Below, one piece after another: positions 26,006 to 38,929 of a DNA stretch of 64,000 nucleotides. The translations under genes and the position numbers were made by a program. A model generated the notes under the pieces. It did not search any database, was not told where the DNA came from, and saw only the letters and a list, made by a program, of their open reading frames with translations. Each line of letters begins with the position of its first letter. The stretch's first letter is position 1. This DNA is from Lama guanicoe (taxonomy: Eukaryota): NCBI GenBank assembly GCA_013239625.1, contig MU053881.1, positions 10,129,957 through 10,193,956 of the forward strand, read 5' to 3'.

Positions 26006-28245
26006 AGAGGGAACATATCTCAACATAATAAAGGTCAAATATGATAAATCTACAGCTAATATGATACTCATTGGTGAAAAGCTGAAAGCATTTCCTTTAA
26101 GATCAGGATCAAGGCAAGGATGCCTACTCTCAACAATTTTATTCAACATAATTTTGGAAGTCCTAGTCACAGTAATTAGAGAAGAAAAAGAAATAAAAGG
26201 AATCTAAATTGGAAAGGAAGAAGTAAAACTGTCAGTGTTTGCAGATGACATGATAATATACATATAAAATCCTAAAGACTCCACCAGAAAACTACTAGAG
26301 CTCATTAGTGAAAGATACAAAATTAATATACAGGAATCTGTTGCATTTCCATACACTAACAATGAAATATGTAAAAGAGAAATTAAGAGAATAATTTCAT
26401 TTACCATTGAATCAAAAAGAATAAAATACCTAAGAATAAAATTACCTAAGGAGGCAAAAGATCCCTACTCCAGAATCTATAAAACATTGATTAAAGAAAG
26501 TGAAGATGACACAAACAAATGGAAAGATATACTGTGTTCTTGGATTGGAAGGATCAATATTGTTAAAATGGCCATACTACCCAAGGCAATCTACAGACTG
26601 AATGCAATCCGTATCAAAATACTAATGGCATTTTTCACAGAACTAGACTAAATAAGTTTAAAATTTGTAATGGAAACATAAAAGACCCCGAATAGCCAAA
26701 ATAATCTTGAGAAAAAAGAATAGAGCTGAAGGAATCATGCTTCATGATTTCAGACTATACTACAGAGCTATAGTCATCAAACCAGTATGCTACTGGCACA
26801 AAAACAGGCACATAGATGAATGGAACAGAATAGAGAGCCTAGAAATAAACCCACATAATTATGGTCAATTAATCTATGACAAAGGAGCCAAGGATATATA
26901 ATGGAGAAAAGATAGTCTCTTCAATAAGTGGTGCTGAGAAAACCGGACAGCTACTTGTAAAAGAATAAAGTTAGAACACTGTCTCACACCATATACAAAA
27001 ATAAACTCAAAATGGATTAAAGACATAAATGTAAGACAGGAAACTATAAAACTCTTAGAGGAAAATATATGCAGAACACTCTTTAACCTAAATCACACCA
27101 AAATCGTTTTGGGCCCATTTCCTAAAGTAAAGAAAATAAAAATAAAAACAAACAGATGGGACACCTAATGAAACTTAAAAGCTTTTCCGCAGTAAAGGAA
27201 ACCATCAACAAAATGAAAAGACAACCTACTGAATAAGAGAAGGTATTTTCAAATGATATGAGTGAAAATGGATTAGTATCTCACATATATAAATAGCTCA
27301 TATAACTCAACATGAAAAAAAAACAACCCTAATTTAAAAATAGACACTTTTCCAAAGAGGAAATGCTGATGGCCAACAGGCACATGAAAAGGTGCTCAAC
27401 ATTGCCAATCATCAGGGAACTGCAAATCAAAACCACAATAATATATCACCTCACACCTGTCAGAATGGCTACCATCCAAAAACAACAGAAATAACAAATG
27501 CTGGCAAGGATGTGGTGACAAGGGCACTCTTGTGCACTGTTGGTGAGAATATAAAATTAATAATGCAGGCACTGTGGAAAGCAGTATGGAGGTTTCTCAA
27601 AAAACTAAAAATAGAACTACCATAATGACCTAGAAATTCCACTCCTGAGTGTATATTCAGGGGAAAAAAAAAAACCCTAAAACACCAATTTGAAAAGATA
27701 CATGTACCCTAGTGTTCACAGCACCATTATTTACAACTGTGAAGATATGGAGGCAACCTAAATGTCCATCAACAGATGAATGAACTGAATGGATAAAGAA
27801 GCTATGGTCTATGTATACAATGGAATACTACTCACCCATAAAAAATGAAATTTTGCCATTTGCTGCAACATGGATGGACTTGGAGAGCATTATGCTAAGT
27901 GAAATAAGTCAGACAGAGAAAGACAAATAGCATATGACATCACTTACATGTAGAATCTTAAGCATACAACAAACTAGTGAATATGACCAAAAAAAGAAGC
28001 AGACTCATAGATACAGAGAACAAAGTGGTGGTTACCAGTGGAGGGGGAAGGGCAATATAGGGATGGGAGAGTAGAAGGTACAAACTACTAGGTATAAGAT
28101 AGGCTTAAGGATGTGTTGTACAACATGAGGGATAGAGCCAATATTTTGTAATAACTGTAATGGAAGGTAATTTTTAAAATTTGTATACAAAATTAATTTT
28201 TTTAAATAAATAAATATATCTGTTCAGAATTTTTTTTTAAAAAAA
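26001..28245 (+). mobile_element. sense 3' segment of the same LINE-1 (RT, C-terminal domain, 3' UTR, A-rich tail), cetartiodactyl-type
   Basis: [10 protein letters not shown]...[19 protein letters not shown]; tttgcagatgacatgata (FADDMI); [15 protein letters not shown]; complete 3' UTR; stops and frameshifts show it is inactive. Confidence 0.95.
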
Positions 28246-29509
28246 GGGAGAAAGGGGACTTTGAAATGAACTCCCATACATGGTAGCATCATGAAGCATT
28301 TCTCCCACTCTGGGCTCATGGACCAAACACTGTTTGAAATTCATACTTAAGTGTTGGAGGAGAACAAACCGACTTTGCTTGTGGTGAAGAGAGAGTACAG
28401 CCCATTGAACAGCCAAGTGCTAGACACATCCTTTATGTTTTATTAAGAAAAGTGGAATCTGGAAGGTTTATTCAAACACACAGAAAAGAAAATAAATCAG
28501 GAAAAGTTCAATGAATTGAGTGCTTTTAAGAGAGATGGCATGTAATAGAATTAGCTTTTATTTACCATTTATACTTAAATCAAGCACTCAACACTAGCTT
28601 CTTTGAGTGCATCACACAACAAAGCATAGAATCTGCTAACCATAAAAATCAAAGCAGAGCCATATCTGATGAAAATGCTAACTCCTTGTCAACCCAGCTT
28701 CCCTCTGCTGCCTGGTAATGAGAGACTCTGACACCACTTGACATGTCACACTTCTACAGAAATTTCAAACATATCATGCAAGAGATTCACAGATCAATCC
28801 CCACTTCCCCACTGAAACCACTGGAGTGAGACAGAAAAGCCATCTTGAATGGGCTCAGCAGAGCAGAACGCAACTACGTACAATTCCCACACCCCACCCT
28901 CCCAACCTGTACCGGAGAACCCAGGGCACACGGTTAGATGGCTAGTGGTAACATCGAAGATGGTGGTTCTGACATGACACCACCACTCAGTACATTTTTT
29001 TTACACATTTAGATGCAATACCAAAAAGCATCATTTCAGAGCTGATCTTTATTAAAAACACTGACCTCCATCCACGAACGCTATAGGGCTATTGCTGAAT
29101 GTCTTCTATTAAAAACTAATCAATTATTCAATATTAAGTCCAGAATGTTTCCTTTGAATTATGAAATTCAATTTGTTGTCACTTATTTTAGGTATAGTTC
29201 ATAGAGATTTTAGGAAAAGAAAACAATATTCTTTGGCTGTAGGGTTTATAATCCCTATAATTAAACACAATACTTGAAAAAGAAAAACCTCCAGCATCTT
29301 GGGACATTATTGGAAAATACTTAGCTAGGCATTCCTCTGGCAGAAAACCTGCCAATATTTTCTCAAGACACAATTTCTAGAACCCGTTAATAGGCTTAAT
29401 AATTGAAATAAATTGTTTAAAAGAAGTATTTTGAATGGTGTATTGGCTGGAATGGTTTGAATATTCAAACATATTGAGTTTAGTTACTAGAGTATTTCCT
29501 ATTTGATTA

Positions 29510-29665
29510 CCTTTCATAAACTCATTAGATTATCAATTTATTATAAAAGGACATGAAGGATACGAGTCAACAGCCAGATAAAGAGATACATAGGGTGAGG
29601 TCCCTAACAAAGAAGCTTCTGTCTTTGTGGAGCTTGGGGCCCAGCGTGGTGGCAGGTGGTCCCTG
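29510..29665. mobile_element. ERV LTR fragment (MER21/MER4-like)
   Basis: tttattataaaagga...aacagccagataaagagatacatagggtgaggtccc...agcttctgtctttgtggagcttgggg. Confidence 0.65.
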
Positions 29666-30269
29666 AGATAGAAATTCTTTGAATAACCTGAATGATCTGT
29701 TAACTTTAGATGCTGAGATTGCTGTCTGTAAGTATATACAAACAGGAAGGATTTCTATGTTGAAATGAGTTGAACTGAATTGGCCGTGTGTTTCAGCTAG
29801 GTAAAAACTTGATACCTTTTCTCTAATTCCTAGATGCAGTATTTGTCTCTAAGTGGGAACTTTGTTAGCACCCAAAAAGCAACAACTTGCCATAAAAGGA
29901 GAGAATATTTGGCTTTAATCAGAACCTTAAATAGATATATTAGAGCTCATTATAAATACTTATTTCTTAACAGGAGTGCTCTGCTGCTGTAGGAATCCAC
30001 ACATCTTTACCCAGTTGGAAAGGGACTCACGGTTGGTGACTGGAGTCTACTTGGATGCCTCGCTGTCTCTGCACATACCATCTGCTCTCTGCATTTTTGT
30101 TCCCTCTAAGGCCTCTCAGGAAGTTAACTGGAGCTTGCTATATGGCAAAAATCTTACTTGTGTGAGTACAGCTGAACTTCTGATTTCTTTTGGCATAAGG
30201 TAGTAACTGAGCAAGAGTTCAAAAGATGGAGTACCTAGATCTGAATCCTGTTTATGCAGAAGTCTTCAT

Positions 30270-30690
30270 GCACAAGTCTCTAGTGCATTGATGCAAGAGT
30301 TTCTCAAATGTACATATCGAATAGCATTATGACTGACTGAGGATATACAAATGTTTAACTCAACTAACTGATGATATCATACTAATTTCCAGAGTGGCTG
30401 AACCACAGCTGTAGCCAGCATTATTGATGAGAGTATCCATTGTCCCATAGTTTTCACAACCCCTGACATTGCCTGACTTTTTGACTTATGCTCATTTAAA
30501 AGAAAGGATGATTTTATGTAATGTGATTAATGTTGTTAAACACCTCTTCATGTCTATGGGCCATTTGTGCTTCCTTTTTTTGTGTATTATCACTCATTTC
30601 CTCCATACTTTTCTATTTCGTTGCTTGTATTGTTTTATTGAATCTTTCTGTTCCTTTATAGATTAAATTATTTGAGCTCTTTACATATTG
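30270..30690 (-). mobile_element. old L1M (L1ME-like) fragment
   Basis: tttccagagtggctgaacca...atgagagtatccattg...cacctcttcatgtctatgggccattt, reverse L1 ORF2 end / 3' UTR. Confidence 0.7.
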
Positions 30691-30694
30691 TGTA

Positions 30695-30850
30695 ATTTAC
30701 TCAAACTTCTAGATGCTCCATTTCTTTCCATTAAAATGAGGATAATATGAGGATTTTGTTGGTTGTTGTGACACATACATGAGCTAATAAATTTTTAAAT
30801 GTTTAAAATATTGCCTGGCATAGACTAAGAACCAGTTGGTATATTATTAC
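30695..30850 (+). mobile_element. MIR SINE
   Basis: taaaatgaggataata...ggttgttgtga...tgcctggcataga. Confidence 0.65.
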
Positions 30851-31209
30851 TAAATATATACTTGCTATGAGTAATTATCTTTTATGAGACATACTAGATG
30901 AAATTAGTAGCTAAAGCGAAGTTGTGTGGAAAGTCTAATATACCAGCATTATCCTTCCACGTAGGACACAGAAAGTAAAAAGGGAATATTCTTCCCTCCC
31001 ACAAAATAAAAACAAACTAAATAACATACAAAATCCCAGTTTACTAGAGCTTATTAAAAAGCAGAAGTCATAAAGAAACTTAACAAAAATTTTTTAAAAA
31101 TTAAATGCTGCTTTCCTGCTTGACAGAATACCAGAAAGAGGTGGAAAATTCCACAGAGATGGGTAAAAAGCAGCTAAATTTATCAAAAATTTAAAGCCTG
31201 AATGTACAG

Positions 31210-31330
31210 AAAAAATGGTGTTGATCGAATTGCTTGAGTCAGGATTGCCATAAACCTTCAACTTAAAAAAAAAACACAACACGTGCAAAGCACAGTGAAG
31301 GGAAACGCAATCAAATGAGGCATGCCTGTA
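31210..31330 (+). mobile_element. Tigger1 3' terminal fragment (TcMar) with terminal TA
   Basis: aaaaatggtgttgatcgaattgcttgagtcaggattgccataaaccttcaa...aaatgaggcatgcctg-TA matches the Tigger1 right end. Confidence 0.8.
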
Positions 31331-31349
31331 CACAAGTTGGTCATTTACT

Positions 31350-31540
31350 GGTCTAAGTTTTTACCAGTATTTGCTCATTTAATCATCACAACTACCTCAT
31401 GATCCCCATTTCACAGATGAGAAAACTGAGCCTCAAAAAACATTAAGTAACTTGCTCAAAATCACACTGTAAGTGGCAGACCTGGAAATCAAATTCAAGC
31501 CATCTGACTCCACAGTATGTGTTCTTCATCACAATGCTAC
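31350..31540 (-). mobile_element. MIR SINE
   Basis: ctcatttaatcatcacaac...ccccatttcacagatgagaaaactgagcctca...taagtaacttgctcaa...agtggcaga. Confidence 0.85.
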
Positions 31541-32525
31541 ATAACAATATTTTTTTCCATTCTACAGAAATTTTAATAATAATAATTAATCATAATCATA
31601 ATCATATAAAAAATAAAAGCACACATAAAAAGTGCACACTTATCAAAATGATTTGGTATATGTTTCATGATCTTAAAGAAGGAGATTAATATGAGTTAAA
31701 ACCTAAAAGTGGCACCATAATTGAAAAGTACTTAAATCGGGGCACTAGCAATGAGTAGGACTTGGGTAGGAAGATGGTCAAAGTTCTGAATAGCCAAAAT
31801 TTAGACATTCAAATTTTTTTTCACTTCTATTTATTCTGCTTTAGTTTGACTGAAGTTCAGGTCTGTGTGTTTCAGGACAGGAAAATGAATAAACTCATTC
31901 TTCTAGGAAAGAATGGATGCTTATAAAGGTGGAATTTGAATTTCCTGCTGTTATTGTTCGTTTTCTTTTTTTTAAGGTAGGTTTTCTCCCTGCTGTGTGA
32001 TTGAATATTAATTGAAAGAACAGCAGCTGAACTAGAATTTCAGGGTAAGAACTCCAGGGTAAAGCATTTCAGGGTAAGCATTTCAACGTCGGGATACAAA
32101 TAAATGTATGCAGCTTACACTATGGAAAGGAAGCTTTTTCCCCTCAAGTGACCCCATTGTAGTGAAATGTTTATCACTTATGAGGTACTTGTTTCTTTAC
32201 TCACTGGTGGTGGGTTTAGCTGATGAGTAACATGTATGAAAAACTGGGAAGGCTCCCACCCAGACGCCTTGCCCCACAAAAAGTATTTCTCCTCGTCCAA
32301 GGGATCATGTCTTTTTCCTTCAGTGTCATATGCAAATATTATAGAAGAGGCGTATCCATTTAGTAAGTGTAGTTTAGTGAGGATAGTTTTACCAGCCTAC
32401 TTTCCTCTGGACCACAGAGATATGGGAATATAAGCATCCTGGGCCCAGTGCCAGGTCTGCTCCTATACCGAAAGAATCAAACTGGCTAATAACTCAAAGT
32501 GTCTTGTACACTCTGAAGTCTATAT

Positions 32526-32723
32526 CACTGAGTGTTAACCTTTGGGGGGCCAAGAATTCCTTTGTGATTGTAATGAAATTCACAAATTATTTACATGAGA
32601 AGGATGCACATGTTACATATCATCACCACAAGCAGTACAGAATTTTGCATATAATTTCAGGGGATTTGTGGACTTCCTATAAATAACTGGAGGTTCCACA
32701 GACTCTTAAGTTAAGAACCCTAG
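32526..32723. mobile_element. hAT-Charlie MITE (Charlie4z/MER103-like) with 8-bp TSD
   Basis: terminal repeats ...ttaacc / gttaagaaccc; internal aattttgcatataatttcagggg; flanks GTCTATAT (32518-32525) and GTCTATAG (32724-32731). Confidence 0.8.
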
Positions 32724-33749
32724 GTCTATAGTAACATAAGAGACTGTTATTTTGAAATATAGGGAGGAATCTTCTGAAAAGCCAGCACGACTCTTTATTC
32801 AACTTCCTTTTTCTCATTTTTTGGGTACCTGATCACATCCAATTTTCTTTTTCTTTTGTATTACTCAGTAAAAACTTTATACTTTAAAAAATAATTACTG
32901 CAATCAAGTTATTGAATTTAATTTAAAATTTATTATTAATATTTACTATCAATATTAGTTTCAATACTAATATATTAACTTCCTCTGTTGGATGTTAAAG
33001 ATGGATGTTTAATTCTTATTTCTGTTATTATTATTACTGCCACCAAATCATCTGCAAGCATTTTGAAATAAACATCAAGATTTAGAGGCTTCAATTAGTT
33101 GATTTAAAATTTCAGTGACTCAAACATTGTTTTCCAGTCTTATCAGGAAAATATTTTTATAGATGATTACTAAAAAATATCTGTGAGTTTACGTCTGCAT
33201 GAAAACAGATCACATCTTTAACTGTTTCTCCTCCTTTCTCTGTTTCCTAGCGCTACATACACCCACCCCAATACCTGGTCCTTCTCACTCCAGTAAACTG
33301 ACATTTTAAGGCATTAATAGAATCAGATACTTCTTGCACTGACAGAATATATAGCTTCATAGCTTTTTTAATGTAATTTGGGAACCTGACTAAGAATTCT
33401 CATTAGACATTTCTATACTTTGTCTCCTACTAGATTCCAGTTTAAAACAACCAACCTACCTAGCTTTGTTGTTGGTCCAGTTTAAGACTGCTTTAATAAA
33501 GCTCTGCCCTTCTTTCCATTGTAGATACTATTTTGATTTTACGTGAAACTCAGATTTAAAAATTTATAATAACTTATTACATGTCATTGTGACTATTGGC
33601 TAAGCACATGCCAATAAAAAAAAATTGTTATACTGGCACGATACAAATCCCCCAAGTTCTGGGTAGAATGAAAATTCTAACTGAAGAAAATAAATTCATA
33701 AAGTAAAATATAAGAATTTTTAAAATGTTCTTTGAGGCAGGGAGAGATG

Positions 33750-33990
33750 ACCTTTCCAAACTTGAGGCCTACGTTATATTGTTAATTGTGAAAAGCAAGC
33801 TGTATAATCTTATTAAAATAATACATTTAAATAAGTAGAAGAAAAAGTATGGAGAGAATAATGTCAAACTCTTAGTTAGGAGTGAGATGGGGGTTGACAT
33901 GGGTCATGGCAGACATTTCTAATGCACGTGATACATTCATTCCTACATTGTTTGAATTTGTTACAATAGTAGTAATAACACTTGTAATTT
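33750..33990 (+). mobile_element. L1ME-like 3' UTR relic
   Basis: atattgttaattgtgaaaagcaagctgtataa...ttcctacattgtttgaatttgttacaatag. Confidence 0.5.
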
Positions 33991-36779
33991 AGTAAAAGCT
34001 GGTAACAATAACAAAGGAGTAGAGGTTACTCCTTTGTCACGACTTCTGTTTGATTTTACAAAGCTATAAAAAATTTCCAAATATATTTTAAATTTCAATG
34101 CAATGCTTCTCATGTTTGCACATAAAAGTGAGAACTGTGCCTTTATGAGACTATAAAATGAATAAAATATATAATGGAACCCAATAAGAAATCTTGAGAT
34201 ATCTTTGAAGTAGAGAGTTATATGTTACAGACTGTCAACTACAATACAGTATTTTCAAGGTTGGCACCAACTTTATATGTGCAAGACAGCATTATGGACC
34301 ATGAGATTTAATGAATCCAAAGTAGCCTCAAAAAGTAACAAAAAGAACTTCAGTAATCATCCCAGGATTTTAAATGCAGGTTTTTAATTACACTAACATT
34401 AGGATGTCATTGAAAGACATTTTTTGAAGAATCAAAGATTTCTGACTCTAGATATATGTTGTCATATATCTAAATGTTACCTGTGCTTTCAAGGAGCAAA
34501 GACATAAATCAAAGAAAGCAGTACATATTAAAATCTTCCAAAAAAAGAATAAAACCTGATAAAAATTTTCCTAAATTTATATTACGGTTTTTTGATCCAC
34601 TGACTTTTTAAACATCTAAATTGTTTGATCACTGATGGCATATACTTAATTTGTCCAGACTATTGAAAATAGATTGGTTGGTAAATATCTTTATATAATC
34701 AATCCCAAAATATCTGTCCAACATTAAAATTGATGAATGTGGCATTCAGGCAAATGCTACCAGCCCTTGGGGAAGAGTGTATCTTGGCTTCTGCTGCAAT
34801 GCTGAGAAACTGGACCACGCTATGTCCAAGTCATGAGTCTTTTGGCAGTGGCAATTTCACAAAATATTGACTTGGGAAAAGAATTCTAGTTCTTTGTCCA
34901 TAGATAAATTCATGAACTAAGCCTCCGATTGTTAACTCCCATTGGAAATGCTATTTAGCTAGCTATCTAGTTAACTATGTATCTTTTAAGACTTAAAAAC
35001 ATTTAGGAAAACTTGTATATGAACTGCCAGAATTATATAGAACACCTGCTTTCAAATACCTACTCTGACGGTTTCAAACCAGTAACTTAGAGGTTGTCAT
35101 TTATTTTGAATAAGCTCTAGGTAAAATAACCACTTAGCCAACATTCTGATCTCATATTGATAAAAAGTCACAGTCCTGGTGGTGGCAGTGGTGGAATTTG
35201 AGGAGTTGAAAGATTGAACCCAAATACAGGTTTGTGATTGTGTTGGCTGATTGAGGATATCAAAGACATTCTCAATATTTTGCCAAAATCCAAGCAGAAA
35301 ATGTACAGAATTTCTGAGAGAATTTTTGACTCGGTATCCTTAATGGGTACAAAATGACTAGGGACTGGCTGGAAGTTCAGAGAAGAGTATAAATGGGACT
35401 GGTCCATTCCCTTGGGCAGGCATGGATTTTGGATGAACTTTATATGTACTCAGTGGTCAAAAATAAACACTAGAGTCCTACTAATTTGTTTGACCATACA
35501 AATTCATGTTCTTTGTCCTGCAAAATGGTTGAAATATCAAATTTACTAATAATTTACTGTTAGAAAGATCTTTAGGGTGGGTAACATGCAATCTTGTCAG
35601 AGATAACGTAGCTAATATGTAACATGTAGTAGCTACAGATAAGTTTAAACTTTCAACCCTTTGTTCTGGCTGTAAAACGTCAGTTGGACCCATTTTGGTG
35701 CTTTTTATTACTGCATCAAAACCATGCTGTGAATTTGTAGCTGCCATAAATGCTTAATGTAAGAGCTCATTGTGCAATAAAGTGTCAGAACACTGTTTTT
35801 AAACACGTTTTTAAAGCAACATTTTACAGCTTACATTTTTTCCCACTGTGTACTATAAAAAGTACAGATTTTCAATGTCACATTCATAAGAAGCACATAA
35901 TTGTTCCTGGGAAAACCGAGTACGGTGAGAATGAAATGGTTCCTCCTCAACCTTTTTATAAACCTTGTGTTTTCTCCTGCTACTTCGATCTTCCTCAAAG
36001 GAAAAAACTACAGTCTTGGATGAACAGGGTGTAGTCAGAGACTAATTTGAGGGCTTTGATCCTTAATTGATTTAAACATGAAGATGAACACAAAAAGATG
36101 TGGATCTCCCACATTTCATCTCAGGTTACCTTATACATCATAAAATAACCTTATGACTTATTTACCACCCAAAATAGTTAGTCTTTTTTTTTTTAAATTA
36201 AAAGACACTATTTATTTTTTTGGCCTTGTTTGAGTTAGAATTTTATTTTCATTTGAAATCTCTCTTCCTATCGTCCACCCAACATTCTCATTCTTTTATG
36301 GTTAAAATAATTACCATATTTCATCTGATGCTCACTTGCTTGTCAATACAACCTTGAGTATACCTTGAGATTTTTTTTTTTCATATTTTTCTGATTATTT
36401 CCCATCTTGAATTAACTGGCAGTCTTTGTGGCCAGAGCTTTCTAGCAACCAAACTCAAGTTCTAGAGGAAAGAAATGCCCCTGCAAGCCTCAGACACTCC
36501 TTGTTTGGCACAAATTTAGACTGAAAAGTATCCCAGGATTTATCCTGAACTCCTGTATTGATCTGTGATTGGCAGTGTCCTGTAAACTTGGGAACAATGG
36601 AATTCTCTCTACTTTTCAAAGATCTACCTGGATGGAATCAAGCCACTGTTTCTGTAACAGAAACACAGGCTGTTTCATAACCTTCTCCAGTACTGAAGAT
36701 GAGGAAGCATCCTTCTTGTGGAGTGATTTCTCCTCTGTTTGAAAATGATTCTATCTGATTCCTAAGGCACAAGGGAAAG

Positions 36780-36905
36780 AATTTTGTCTGTTGTTGCTCG
36801 CCATTACCTCTCCAGGAATTTGGCACAAGGCTGAGCACTTAGGAGGCACTCAGTAAATATCTGTTGAATATGTCAACAGATTAATTTGAATAAGTGAATA
36901 AAATA
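36780..36905 (+). mobile_element. L2 3' end
   Basis: tggcacaaggctgagcacttaggaggcactcagtaaatatctgttgaat. Confidence 0.75.
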
Positions 36906-38929
36906 AAGTATGTTCACACAATCTTGTTTTTTTTTTTAACGTCTGAGAAATTTGACTTAAGATTGGCAAATTCCTACATTAAGTATGATCTTTGAAATGA
37001 CAAAAGTTTGTCTCGAGATCCAATCTAAAGGTCACCTTCAGAATAGCCTGGATTTTTCAGTCCAGAAAAATGGCTCAACTCCAAAGAGTTTAGGAATAGT
37101 TTTCTTTGACTCTAGTTTTTTTCCCTTTTTGCCTGACTCAAAACACGAAGTTTCCGTTTTTTCTCTAATTCAACAACATCAAGCCAAGGCATCATAAAAT
37201 GTATAAAAGTGTTACGGAGTGGACTGAGCAACCAATTAACATCTTTGACTGTAAACCCAACCAAAAACTTCACATCTTATAACATAATGACTTTCATAAG
37301 AGACAAAATCCTTTGAAGCGACTGCTATCAAGAAAAACACCACTAACTTTTGAGCCACTCTTGGTAAACATGGAAATAAGTTGGTGATTCATTCTTATTC
37401 AGAGAAAAGCATTTGATTTTTTTTTAAAGCCCAAAGAAAAATGCCAACTATAAAATGCCAAAGAGATTAAAAGGAAGTGCAGACATTCATGAGAAGCCTT
37501 TAAAAAAGTTACTTTTACATTCCAACCAATTTTCTTTTCTTTTCTTTTTGGCCACATGGCATGTATCTGTTTAATATGCATGAAGTTGGCACAAATGGGT
37601 TTTTTTTCCCTACTAGCTAGTGACAACCTAAGCATTTGAAGTACACAGCATTTTTCCGTATTCTAAGGTATGACGGTTTATTACTCAAATTTAAGTTTTC
37701 AGAATGTTTTCTGACTGTAGAATTGCAACCTTTACATAACCCTAGGATCTCCACCCACACTAATCATTGCCTAAAGTTTGTCATTTATAATTTCTTACAA
37801 ACAGTAATGTCAATGAAAACCACAATATATTAGAGGTGATAAAAGAAGAGACCAAAATATTTAAACTCTCATCAGCTATTTCAGCCCTAGCTTCCATTAG
37901 TTTTTTGTATTTTTTTCCTGGCTTATTTTAGATGATGAGTGTATGGGTGGGTGTATATTTAATAAAAGCACTAACATTTTTACTGTTTTTGGAAATTTTA
38001 AATTGTTTTACAGATTTATGATATAAGATAATAAATCCTACCTCAGGAATCAATCCTGGATTTATTTTTGCTTCTCTTAAGCTAGTTTTACTCTGTAATT
38101 TTATGTCCTCTGACCTTTAATGTGTTGAAACTGCTGAATTACACTTACTTAAAGCATCTGTGGGTTGATTAGTTGTTCCGTCCACGAAATTATATTTAGG
38201 GAGTTAAAGTATTAAATGTGATCAGAAAAAGAATATTAGCTTTTGAGAATTAAATCCTCTAAACCTTCCATTCTGCAGCGCTAAAGAGGTAAAATTCAAT
38301 TAAGAGATTGAAGGCAGCCTGACAACAGCATTCTAACTTCTTATTTTCTACTTGGTTATAAATGGTATGTAATACGGGCTGTGTTAACTTTCCTACTTGA
38401 AAATCCAGCAACACACAAAAGAAAAGACAAGGCATGGTGGTGAATGGAAGGAAGTTTCTCAGGGCAGAGCTTCTGGGGAATGCCAAGAAGTAGATCTTGA
38501 GGTCACAATGTGAATACAAGTCAACAAGATTCCTGGTGTTCCAGCACCAAGTGTGTTCTAAGCAGTCCTAGCAGATGACTCCATCCTCTAGTGATGTAAG
38601 AGGGAGACACATCGCCTGGGGTTAAACCATCCAGTGCCTTAGGTGGATTACATTTGAGATGAGCACAGAACCTTGTAACCACACCTTTCTCATTTCATGG
38701 GGTTCATAAATGATGACATGTTCCTTCTCATGTTTCACCTAGCACATGTATATTTTTAACAACAAAAAACTTTACTAAAAGCTTTAAGCAAGACTAAAAG
38801 AAAGCACATAATTTTCACACTTTGTAAGACTTTACATTTTAAACTTTACACCCCATGTTTTTATGCTTTCAAGGCAGGAAACCAAATGCTAAGATAAGTA
38901 GCTTGTACAGGTAAAAATTGTAGTTCATC

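Noticed and set aside
24277..27625. An active or domesticated reverse transcriptase/endonuclease
   Set aside because: ORF2 is inverted, frameshifted and internally deleted, with no ORF1 or promoter
31203..31210. TA-CAG as the left terminus of an internally deleted Tigger1
   Set aside because: Only 3 nt match the terminal repeat, which is indistinguishable from chance
35168..35407. Processed pseudogene with a proline-rich C-terminus
   Set aside because: No parent gene recognised and no clear poly(A) or TSD; kept only as a possible CR1-related relic
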